Shown: positions 1-10,900 of the stretch, piece by piece
Layout of the letters: each line of letters begins with the position of its first letter
Numbering within the stretch: position 1 is the stretch's first letter
DNA from: Catajapyx aquilonaris
Taxonomy: Eukaryota
Direction of reading: 5' to 3'
Assembly: GCA_000934665.2 (NCBI GenBank)
Contig: JYFJ02003077.1
Coordinates: forward strand, 1-46,586
Length of the DNA: 46,586 nt
The notes under the pieces: model-generated
Seen by the model: only the letters and a program-made list of their open reading frames with translations
Databases searched by the model: none
Told to the model about the DNA's origin: nothing
Program-made: the position numbers and the translations under genes

Positions 1-54
1 CCCCGATATGCTAATTTAAGGCGGTGTAGGGGCCTTCCCCAGGATTTCTATAAG

Positions 55-140
55 GGACAAACATCTGACAAACTTCCTTATTTATAGATATAGAAGATAT
101 TCCTTATTTATAGATATAATAGATAATAGATAATAGATAT
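55..140 (+). repeat. AT-rich duplicated segment, possibly the end of a non-autonomous Helitron-like element cut by the window edge
   Basis: GACAAAC twice, a 19-bp direct repeat TTCCTTATTTATAGATATA (74-92, 100-118) and (AATAGAT)3. The Helitron assignment is by resemblance only. Confidence 0.3.
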
Positions 141-497
141 TATGCTGATTACATCACATCATGCTGCCGTGACAATTTCCCATGAATGAGTTTGTTTGAA
201 GTTATAGCTATACTGTCACGCGAGCCGCCACCCTTTTCTGAATGTGAGCTAATTGTACGTTTAATTATTTTCCAGCACAAGAAGCCACTTCGTGAATGTC
301 TCCTGACACGTGACGGTACCGTTCCAGATGAATGCCACAGCTTACGAGTAGCGTTCTTTGAATGCAAACGGTCTCTGGTAAGTTGGTGTACTGCAACAAT
401 AAATGACGCCTTACTACATTGCTAACTTATCTCTCCACAGCTGGATGCAAGGCAGAGGTTTCGTGGAAAGAAGGGATATTGAACACATGGCTTTGTC

Positions 498-503
498 TTT
501 ATT
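498..503 (-). terminator. Candidate SCOC polyadenylation signal (AATAAA)
   Basis: Plus-strand tttatt reads AATAAA on the minus strand, ~270 nt downstream of the SCOC stop codon. Confidence 0.4.
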
Positions 504-771
504 GAACTATGAACAAAATATACACAGTGGTATTCGCATAAGTGGACAAAAATGGTGTATGAGTAAAGAAAGCCACAAAACAATGAGTAAATTACAGCAT
601 TTAAATGTCAGTTACACACATGACTAGGACCACATATGTGTGCATATGTTTTGGAAGCTTGTAAATTGGCAGAGTGTTTTTTTTTTTTGCAAAATGCTCG
701 AAGCTTCCAATAAATTTCAGCTGCTGAGTGGAATGATTAGCAAGGTGCTCTCTTGGCATGAGATGTTCTAT

Positions 772-796
772 TTACTTCTTCACTTTGGTGGAACCC
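772..796 (-). CDS. SCOC: SCOC terminal coding exon (KGSTKVKK*)
   Basis: Branch-like ACTAAT (830-825), polypyrimidine tract TTGCTTTCTTTGTTTG and TAG acceptor at 799-797. Phase 2 matches the exon 4 donor. TAA stop at 774-772. Total CDS 453 nt = 150 aa plus stop. Confidence 0.75.
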
Positions 797-1162
797 CTAC
801 AAACAAAGAAAGCAATGGGTAAGAATTAGTTTAATTTGTAACTCTCAGTATGTGGAAAAGGTTAAGTACAGCACATGTTTATATGGAATGGTATTATGTC
901 AAAGTCGACTGTCCTGATATTTGGCAAAAACGTCAAGTTGATGGCCTAGTCGTCATTGGAACCAGGTTCAAGCTCAACACAGACGAATCAGCATTAATAT
1001 CTGCCGTCACAGGTAGTGGGATTATAATTGTGCTCCAAGGAAACTAATCCATCAATGTCATTGACACAGCTCTGCACTGTCGACTGGCAGAGTAAGTCTA
1101 TTATTTAAAAACTGGTAGACAACAACTGAGGTAATAATAGTTTGTACTGCCCAAGAACATAC

Positions 1163-1301
1163 TTCTTCCTGGTTTTGGGTGAAGTTGACTGGAAAACACT
1201 GGAGGCAGACATTAGGTTCTCGATGTACTGCCCCAAAACCTGGTTCTCCGAACGGAGCTTCAGGTTCTCTTCCTTCACGCTGTCCACTCGCTGCGACAGG
1301 T
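1163..1301 (-). CDS. SCOC: SCOC coding exon 4 ([46 protein letters not shown])
   Basis: Near-identical to the conserved SCOC coiled-coil core. Acceptor TTCTCAG follows a 61-nt intron. Phase-2 donor AA|GTATGT at 1162. Confidence 0.96.
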
Positions 1302-1362
1302 CTGAGAATGTGCAAACCATGTTAATTCCTGCTATAACTAGATTAATGCGAGTCAGCATTAC

Positions 1363-1449
1363 CATCCAGAGTATTCTGCAGCTCTAGCACTTGGGCAATC
1401 AGACGTGCTTTTTCTTCCTTCTCATCTGGACTGATGTCTGGATCCAAAC
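1363..1449 (-). CDS. SCOC: SCOC coding exon 3 ([29 protein letters not shown]), start of the coiled coil
   Basis: Acceptor CAG at 1452-1450 and donor G|GTAATG at 1362. The [18 protein letters not shown] motif is diagnostic of SCOC/UNC-69. This exon is too short to appear in the ORF track. Confidence 0.95.
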
Positions 1450-1892
1450 CTGGTTCAAGAAAATAATTATGAAAATACGGCCCATTTTTTAAGTATGACA
1501 TCCTCAAATGACTAATCTGTTGGCCTATAACTTGACCTTAAACAAGGCCACAATCGTCTTACTGTGCAATTTCTGATTCTAAAAGGAATGTGACAACATG
1601 AAACTCTTAATTTTTGGGTTACAAAGACTACACATATCAGGTGACTTTTATGTACAAATGGTATTAGTAGCTACGTAAATATTGTGACCAAAGAGTATAA
1701 ACTGGACCTAAACAGGCATAAGATTTTGGCACAGCTTCGCATTTTAAAATTTTGCACCATGAATTCTAATGAGAGGAAAGACTGGTTAATCTGTCTCCTT
1801 TCCCTTTCTGACTTGGGTGGCCCTGCCAGTAGACGAAGCTGGCGCCAGCATAGCTCTTGGGGTCACGGGAGAAACACAAGCCCTTTGCTTAC

Positions 1893-2018
1893 TATTTGGC
1901 CCTGGGCTGCTGCTACCATTGGTAAACGTTGATGGGATGGAATCCAAGCTCTGTCCGCGCATCATGTTCTCTGATGCCTGGGACATGTCCGTAGCCTCGG
2001 TGTCATCCTGGATGATAG
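1893..2018 (-). CDS. SCOC: SCOC coding exon 2 (AIIQDDTEATDMSQASENMMRGQSLDSIPSTFTNGSSSPGPN)
   Basis: Acceptor TTGTATCTTGCAG and donor A|GTAAGC. 126 nt, phase 1-1, open frame. Confidence 0.9.
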
Positions 2019-2203
2019 CTGCAAGATACAAGCGACTAGTCATCCACACCCGTTTGATGTGCGTCTTGTCTTACACCTATAAGATATGAACTCGTGGTCC
2101 CTGCAGGACTACAACGATTCAGAGGTGACCTCATTATGACCTACAGACAGCCACCAATGAACCTGACTAATGAGTAGGCTAGTCTACATGTCATGGGTAA
2201 AAC

Positions 2204-2279
2204 CTTGTGGGTCGTCATCCGCAAGAGGAATGCTGTTGATCTCCTCCTGCATCTTGACGTTATTGCTGCACACCGCCAT
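2204..2279 (-). CDS. SCOC: Short coiled-coil protein (SCOC/UNC-69), coding exon 1 (MAVCSNNVKMQEEINSIPLADDDPQ)
   Basis: ATG at 2279-2277. The IPLADDDPQ motif is typical of invertebrate SCOC N-termini. The phase-1 donor AAG|GTTTTA is non-optimal but matches the phase of the next acceptor. Confidence 0.85.
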
Positions 2280-2306
2280 CCTTTCCCCACCACGCAGAAG
2301 CACCCT

Positions 2307-2377
2307 CTGAAAGCCAAAGAGACAGGTCAGCAGGCCATAAAACCAGACGGTGAAAACCTCCTCATAAGACAGCCTAC
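2307..2377 (-). other. SCOC: Probable 71-nt 5'UTR intron of SCOC
   Basis: Donor CTG|GTAGGC at 2377 and acceptor TTTGGCTTTCAG ending at 2307, 27 nt upstream of the ATG. Confidence 0.55.
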
Positions 2378-2379
2378 CA

Positions 2380-2575
2380 GAGAAAATGGCAGAAAAAAAA
2401 CTATCTGCAACCATCTACCCGATACTATCGTCTGACATTTAATTAGCAGCTTAATTAATGCGCTAAAACGAGGTTTAAAATTGGGGCAGAAATTTTAAAA
2501 GTTAAATTAGTGGGTTGACTAGATGCTGTTCAAATATGGCGGCCGGATGATGACGTGTTATAGTGACGTCGATGG
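2380..2575. promoter_or_regulatory. Probable bidirectional core promoter between SCOC and a plus-strand gene
   Basis: Paired DRE-like half sites CGATA-C-TATCG (2420-2430), an AT-rich spacer (2437-2510), YY1-type AATATGGCGGC on the plus strand (2533-2543) and ATF/CRE-like TGACGT sites (2551, 2564). Confidence 0.55.
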
Positions 2576-2848
2576 TGTCTGCTTCCTGCCCCTTTTTTTT
2601 CAAGTTTGAACAAGAAGCGGGAGGGCCAAAGGGAAGTACTTTCGAGAATAATTATGGGCAGAACCAGAAGAATCATGCAGTGGACGTCCAGGACCTTGTC
2701 TCGTCTGATGTTGATGACCCAAGGGGTAAATCACTCGGTAGTTGAGCCTTGAGCATTCAACGGACTTGCAAAGGGTCGGACTTGGCGCCTACCGAACGGA
2801 CTTGACGAGTGATTTCCTCCTCGTGATGACCAGTCTACCTGCCAGTTA
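2530..2848 (+). other. Candidate non-coding first exon of a divergent plus-strand gene (start approximate)
   Basis: GC-richer block that starts at the YY1 motif and ends at TTA|GTGAGT (donor 2849), followed by AT-rich intron-like sequence. Confidence 0.45.
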
Positions 2849-4379
2849 GTGAGTACAGTTTATATTTTCACGAGTTAAGAAAACAAAATTACCCCCGTCA
2901 GCATTTTGCTGCGGAAAATAGTTCATTCGCACCTCATCAAAAAATAACTAGAAAATTACAACATTATCCACTGTAAATACAGTTTTGATATGCATTTTCT
3001 GTATCTCGTCTCTGCATGTGCATTGACAGCATAGCAATGTAACTACCACCACAGTTACGAAAAATGTAAAATATAACATCTGCATACAGGTTAATTTTGG
3101 TTCAGTTTAGACATTTTTGATTGCGTCCAGTATTTCTTTTCAAATATTGAATAATTTATTACTTTATGAAGTCAAATACTTTTTGAACACTTCATGTTCA
3201 TTGAGGGAGCTGAGGCTTCTAAGACCATGACACGTGTGAAGCAGAGAGATTTTTGGACAGTGGAAGAAATGTTTGACCGAAAAACTAGTAACAAGGACAG
3301 TAAAACATAAACCAAGCGCTGTTTGCCTGCAGAGAGCGGTTAATCCTTTTTGAGTTCAAAGTCAAATATTGGGCTCATGTACAGTATTTATTTTCGCGGA
3401 TCGTGTATAGTCTCTTTGCAAATAAAAATTACACGTGCGGCATTTTTCTGTTGATTGCACATGAGTTGCGGTTTTAATTGTCATTGTTCATGCGATAGAA
3501 ATAAAATACTGGAGAAGCATAAATCGTCCTGTTGGTATTATACTGTAATGTAAACTGAATTTTAGCTCGGAAATATGTGTGCAGCTCTGGCAGGAGCTTG
3601 TATTCTCTTCCTTCCCAGTGAGTTGCCTGGCTGCATAATTTGTGAACTTCGACCTCATGCATTCCAAAACATGAGAGAGTAACAGCTGGATCTACACTGT
3701 AAGGATACCTCCACAATTAACCATCTCTTTCATTAATCCAGTAAGTTCAGAACCGTCTTGCTTACTTCAGAAGCGCGTGCGATTACATGCTGTATAGGCC
3801 TACTACATATACCGAATAGCGTTTCTTGTTTTTACTGGATATTTAGTGACAAAACATATAGACAAAACAAAACATATTTAGGACATGTGGATTATGTGGG
3901 CCAAATATTTGTGGCAATGAAGAAAATCATGTCAAATCATAAAAATACGATTTTTTTTCTCTCTCTCCACATTACATCGGGGTTACATTATGCAAAAATA
4001 ATTTCCAGATGCACCTCGTTCCATATTCACCCGGATATTTGCGATACCATCTCTCTCCCCTCATTTGGCATCCAATATTTTTGACTATTATTATTTCCCC
4101 CGCATTTTCAAAACAAATTGCCAGATCATTGTACACAAAGTGGCGCTCAATCGGACATAGAAACAGGAAACGTTTATCAAATTAGCAACCATTACAAAAA
4201 AAAAAATTACATTCACGTACAAAATTGGCTGCACATCGGGGCTAATTTCATCATTTTTATTACGCACACATGGAGTATGCCTCTATCATAGTATGGGGTT
4301 GCATATGTGCAGAAATCATATCTATACTGTATATTTTGTTCTCATCGGAAAAAATAATTTTCGAAAAATTTTTTTTGCG

Positions 4380-4983
4380 ACTTTTCGGGTAATGTCGGGC
4401 CACGCTCTCAGCAGAAGTTGAAGGTTCACCACGTAGATGCCAGCATAGTCGGGGGCTAAGCATGCGCCACACAGCGGTCCTGGAAATAAGAGACGGCCTG
4501 GTTTAGACGGTCGGTGTCTTTGAGCAGAAGTAGGCGCAGTTTTTTGATCCCTTGGAAAATACAAGCCCTGCTAGTTGGGGGGTTGAGCAGGTTGCGCATC
4601 AGGAAGCCTATCGAGTGCGCCGATAGGCGGGACGTTCGGATTGCTCCCCCCTTTTATACTATAGGGGTTATTTCCGAGGCTGGCAATAGACCGGGTGTTT
4701 TAGACCTTCCGTGTGCTAGTGGCGGCAGGTCCAGAGCGAGGTGAGAGGCAGCAGGAGAAGCCGCATCTTGCTTCACCTGCCTCGGGCTACACGTACAGGA
4801 CCCACACATTCCTCAGTGGTTTTTTCTTTGGGCTGACTTTTCCCCCCCACTCTTCACATACTCAACCCCTCTTTGAAAGGACCAAGTGCGTATGTGTTTG
4901 TGTTTCCTGTGATAGTGTTTTTGTGTGTTTCTAATTGGGAAGGCAAGGATTTAGTAACAGGTGGATATACTATCAAAGTACAG
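4380..4983 (+). promoter_or_regulatory. CpG-rich second promoter-like block with a candidate alternative first exon ending at 4983
   Basis: CpG-dense 4380-4800, inverted GCCTATCG-N7-CGATAGGC (4606-4628) and a consensus donor CAG|GTGAGT at 4984. Confidence 0.4.
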
Positions 4984-7900
4984 GTGAGTGATGTCTGATA
5001 TTTGGCATGCATTGATATGTGAATGTTGCACATATGGAAATAGCTGAACCACGTGTACGTATTGCACGTCGCTCAAAAAGACGGAGACGGTTGGTACAGT
5101 ACAGTAGTGTGAAACTACAATGATAGGCGTAGAGAGAATCAGTTTATGGCGTGCTATAAATCAACCGTTAATTGGGTCTCATTGCTATAACGGTTATCAG
5201 GAACTTTTGGAGGGAAACAGTGCACTTTGCAAACATAAGCTGTAATTATATTTGCTGCACAGTTATTGCTGTATGTTCGCTTTTTGGGAGATCAGTATTT
5301 ACATGTGACGCATGGTCCACAAAAAAAACAACCATTTTAGCAAATATAATTTTGTATCGAAATTTGCATTACAACAAAATGGGGCAATCGATAGGGATTA
5401 GTATATAACAGTAGAGTACACAACATTTTGGGCTGTGCAAATATGGCGTGTGGAGGTCACTCGAGCGGAGCTTAATTAAAATTGCTTGCGAATATTCGCA
5501 CATGTCTAGGTGGTCCTCGTAACGGAGATCATTTCGGGCTCTTATCAATACGAGCACGAAAGTGAGGTAATTCAGCCCATTAAATAGGTGTCCAAAATTT
5601 TGATGAGGACGTTTTTATTAGTAGGCAGAAGTGACTATAGAAGCAATCACATAGTGGCCCATAATCCAGTGGGAGTGAATATGAAGATGGGCTCCACTTA
5701 TTAAATGCCTTTTTAAAGTATAAGGTGGTTGGAGATATCTGTTATCAGTTTTCCTGTAAGCTGCCAGAAGATTTTAATTCGGCCGAGTTCAGTGAAAAAG
5801 AGAATTGGGAAGCCTGTTATACGGTTATATGCAGTATAGGCCTGTTATAGCAGAACATTGTTCAGAACGAGTGGATTATTTTAAGCACTACTAAGGGGTA
5901 TTAGTGGGGATAATATGCATTTGGTTAAATCAATATAAGACTATCTGAGTACATTTCAAAGCCGGGGAGCTTACTCTTCGCTTAATAATAAGGATTAGCC
6001 CAAATTGGCTGCGTCGTTTTTTTTTTAATGAATATGAAGGAAACAAAAGTTGGCATGACTGACTGCATCAATGAGATACGTCAGTTGTATTGACATAACC
6101 AGCAGGTGACTGTTAGCCCCCGATGTGTAGCATACCATACAATAGTAAATGGTTACTGACGAGCGTAACACTTCTCCGAAACGTCAGAATACCAGACGCA
6201 ATAACAGAACGAGCGAGAAAGGAATTCGCAACAGCTCGTATGGTATTTCCCCCCTCTCGAGGGTCACACGAATGGTGATTAAGTCACACATCCAAACTAA
6301 TGAAACCTAGAGGTATTAATAAGCACATGGGAGGTACAAGCACACTCCTTTCTCAATAGTATCTTGCAAGAAAAAAAAAATTCGCAGGGACTTCCTGAGT
6401 CCAGTTTGTCAGATTGCAATGGATTGTGGATTGTGGATGGTGGAAAAGCTATGTTTTCCGGTGATTGTGCGTGCAGGCGAGAGAGAAAGTGGAGCATGAA
6501 ACAAGACTGCTAACTGACTTTCCCTTTGTACTGAAAAGCATTGGTGATATGGATGTACAGAGTAAGACATTGAAAGAAACGCATTGTTGAGCTGACATTC
6601 CAAATAGTAATGGTAAATAAATAGGTACGTTTTGACTCACCCTGTTGCATGCGTCTTCCCTTCATTTTTTTTTTGTCAGTTCCTGTTGTTTTATTCGGGT
6701 GGTGATCTCCAGAGAAGGATTGAGATTCAATGAGACCCCGGTTGTGTATAAGGTGGAGTAGGGTACCAAAAAAAAAGGAGCCAAGGTCCTCGACTTTGTG
6801 ACATGGATTATGGGGGCTTCAAGGGTAAAGACGGAAAAGGAAATGTCCTCTTCCTGTGCTACGACCACTCTCTCGAACGCTTCAAGGCTCCGGATCACAT
6901 TACACACTGAGGATGTATTCTATCGTAATTTGATGCTCGGTACATTTCGAAGGGGGAGAATCGAATGGAATGTGCAGGGTGCGTGTAAAGAAAGGATAAA
7001 TATTCGTAAAGTGGCACCTCATTTGCCTCGGCTAATTTGATGCAATTCACTACCTGGACTGCTTTTGTGTGTGTGGGGGGAGAAGCATATGAAATATTAC
7101 CTGCTGAAATTGAACCAAAATTTAATTACAATTCACATGCAAATTGCTGTACATTTGGATGTGCCGAAAGACATCACTTTTGTCTGGTATGTTAGTTAAT
7201 TATTACCCTCTACTTCAATATTTTTAAACTAAAATTAACAGTCATGTGGGCAAATACTTTCCTCCTTGAAATTGCTTGCGTTATGCAAAAACCTGCCTGC
7301 ATAACTTGCTTCAAGTGTGTAGTCATACCACTGACAAGCTCTGTACATGTGTTTATCCCTTTCAAATAATGGAAATTACATAGGGAGCCTTTACGTACGG
7401 CGATGGCATGCAACAGCAGGTGCTGTCATTTAGTTTGACAACTAAATACTAATTATGAATTTTTCAGCAGAAATTATAGCCTTGGCTGGCTGCAGAAGAG
7501 ACAGAATGTTTTTTTTTGTTGCATGGCTACCCGTTGGGTCACGGTGCATCCAGAATGCGAAAGTGTTGCTTCCATACGGGGCCTGTATGGGAACCATAAC
7601 GGTAACGCGTGGGAAAAAGTCACCTACCGGTACTTACGAAAACACTTTTTTTTAAAAAAGCACTCTTTTATTTCGATTCATTTTTTTCTCTCTCGAACCG
7701 TGCGGTGTCCTCGGCAAAGCGTAAATGAATGTGTGAGAAAAGTTCCCATTCATAAGAGCCTGCACAAACCGCAGTGGCCTTCAAGATGGGGACACGAATT
7801 ACAAGGGGGGAAGGACAAAATCCTTGTTATCTAGCGACGAATCGGTTGTAAACGTTGCGGTAGAAAAGAAGCACGAGTCGTCCACCGAACTCTCATTATT

Positions 7901-10900
7901 TTGGCGAAGAATGAGGAAGCGAAACTAGTTTGGCAGCCAATTTTTTTAAAAAGAAAAAGATACATGGTATGACATTTGAGGATTAGATAGTTATGTTTGA
8001 TGTCGCCAACATGTTATTTCCACTTTAGGCTTAATGTTTCTTAAGGTGCGCTTTTTTGCTTATTTGCGACCAAGTTGCATTATTAGATTAGGTTGTTTTT
8101 TTGTGTTTTAGAAATTTCCGCCAGGCGACTGCATTATGCAGGAGCCGATACTTGATCGCCGTGGGTGTGTCGGTGTAGTGTTTACGTTGGATTAACTCCA
8201 GAAACGTCAGACCGAATATGCGATGTAATTAGCAAAACTAACTGGCTCATCTTGGCCTGCACTAAAGTTTTGGCTAAAAGGATTTTGATGAAAGCGAACT
8301 TTAATATTTATCATAGTTTCTTGAAAATGACTTGATATAACTTGCGAGCATGTCAAGTAAGTTGTGCGTGCCATTTTATAACTCAACTACGTCCACTATA
8401 TGTGATGCTGATGTTTCCAAGAGCAATATCTCACATAACTTATGCTCAAGTATACACCAGGCTATAGCAACAAGTGGGTACTGCTGGAAGCCAGTGACTC
8501 AGCTTGCAAATGGAAGTTGTGCAAAATCAAGTTTATCAAGTTTAGAGCCGGCTCAGCTTTTGCAAGTTTTAGCAACTGCATTGCCGATTTTTTTTGAACA
8601 TATGGCGGAATTTTTTGGGGGGGCTATTATTGTTTTCACGAGTCAAAGCACCGTTTGTTGGTTTTTTTTTTTTTTTTTAAAAAAAAAGGCCGATGAAACC
8701 ACTTATGAAAGGAAATTTTCTGCATCAAATACGCGCCCAGCAATATTCACACGCGAATTTTTGTCTCACTATAACATCATAAATGCACTTTTTTTTTGCC
8801 CAGGTGCGAATACTGTTGTGCTCCATGCGAAATAATTGATGAATATCACGCGACAGTCACAGCAAAAACCGTACCATGTTGTTCGTGAATTTTGTAGCCA
8901 AAGTTCATAAATAGCTAAAGGGATCACAGACCTGGTGTTATGCGGAGAATTTAGGTCCGAGTGGCCAAGGATTTATGACCGTCCTCTTGAGTGTGGCGGC
9001 CGGGCAATTAAAGGAACTGCAATAATTGTTGGAAATGTCTTGGGTTGTAATGGTGTGAGCTGGGTTCGGTTCCATGGCCCCAACACGATCGTTTTCGATG
9101 CGGGAAAATGCCAGTTTGCTGAGAGAGAGGATTCGAGGCTGAGGCAGGTTCTAAGCCCCAGATGAAGGTCATCTTAAGCCTGGGAGTTCCTTAATTCCTA
9201 GCTGGGGCTTTAATGGACATGCCATGTGGAAAACTTCAGTATTCTAGTTTTTTTTTTGAACCGTTTTTTTTAGACCAATCCCCCCAAGGGCAATAAAAAT
9301 CCTATTCACCAAAGCGATTCTGTTTCTGAGATGCAGCGTTCAAGATGGGCTGGAGAATAACATTTTGGCACACTTTTCTTTTCTATTTCCCGTGCATTCC
9401 GGAGCTCAATTTTCCTTTTTTCGGCACCTTATCATATTCATGGAGTTTTTTTTTGTGTGTGGAAGTCCTGTGTGTATTCTGTGTGTATATACGACTTTCC
9501 AGACCATCTTCTCTGAGAATCAATACCCGTGCCAAATGCTCAGATTGACCGTGCGCCACTTTCTCTCACCGACGCCCTTTGCCTTTCTACTATTTGCACA
9601 AAGATTGAAACCTGTCGTGTGGTACAAGAAGGACAAGGTGTTTGCAGGGATACGCCACTGAGCAGAAATTTTTGGGTATTAAAACAAATGGTGAGGAAGG
9701 TAGGAAGCCAATTAAGATGGAATGTCATTACCACGGGGGTGGTTACATTTTGTAGTTGTGTCGCATGCATATTTTGAAGCTGTCTTGCAGTAACTGGAGT
9801 CCCAGAGCAGCCTATTCATAAGCTGGGGGTCTCTCATGATGCATAATTTAGAGGTCTCGGTAGGCCTGTAATTCAGGCTGAAGATGTTTACATCGAAGTT
9901 AAGCGTGTGGGGAGTGAAGTTGCGGGGGGTTAAAGCAGTTGCTAATGAACTGCATTTAATATCTAGGCCAGTAGGCCTATCGACTTATGAGTAAACCGAG
10001 CTAAAATTAGTGCTTATAGCTCACTTGGAGCCTTTGTAACCTTACTGGTTATACTGCATACATTATAATGTAAATTAATCAGAATTAGGTTTGTTAGTAC
10101 ATAGGTTCCGTTCTGTGCGGCAGAATTATTATTGAGGTTAAACTACATATTGCAATGAAATTAGGCATGTCAATAGTCTTTACTGTAAGGACATAGTTGC
10201 CAGCAATATTTTAAAAAAAATATGAGGCGGAGGAGCACTATGTAATAAATATTTACGATTTACCCGTGCATGGGATAATCTGCGAAGCAATTAAGTGATT
10301 ACATTGTATTGACTAGCAGCACTGTATAAAGGAGCTACAGTATATTATCGAATACCCAGCATGACCAACCTGTCGGGAAGCCCTACAGTGTACAGTTCTT
10401 TAAACTCTACTAACCCGGTCTCTGCGGGGTACTTACATAATTTGCCCCCCAAGTTTCCATATTGAAGGAAGTAATGGTTGCTACAGTAGTCGCTTTCATC
10501 CGTTCAATTACTTACGCGAAGTCGTAAAACTCATATCTTTGATCGTTCTACCGTGTGCTAGAATTTTTCAAATATTTTTTCGAAAAAAAAAATGGGGGCA
10601 TGTTACACACGGTGTTCGCCTACTACAGCGGTGTCGGTTTAATCTGTGGCAGTTGGCAGCTTTTGCCCTGTTGGCGGTGGCAATAAAACGGCCCACTGCA
10701 ATGCTTTTTTTTCCCCCCCTCTCCTCCATGGTGAAAAAAAGGCGTACTGGTACAAATAGCAGGGTAATTAAGCGGGCTGCAGGGACTTTAAAGGTGGGGC
10801 GTTATCCTTACAGCTAGCAAGAAGGGGGGGAAATGATTTGCATGGCGACGGAGGGAAAAAGAAGCAAGGCCAGCGTCCTCATCTGCATACCCCCTGCCTC

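Noticed and set aside
1058..2435. ORFs overlapping SCOC on the opposite strand or in other frames
   Set aside because: These are shadows of the real SCOC exons.
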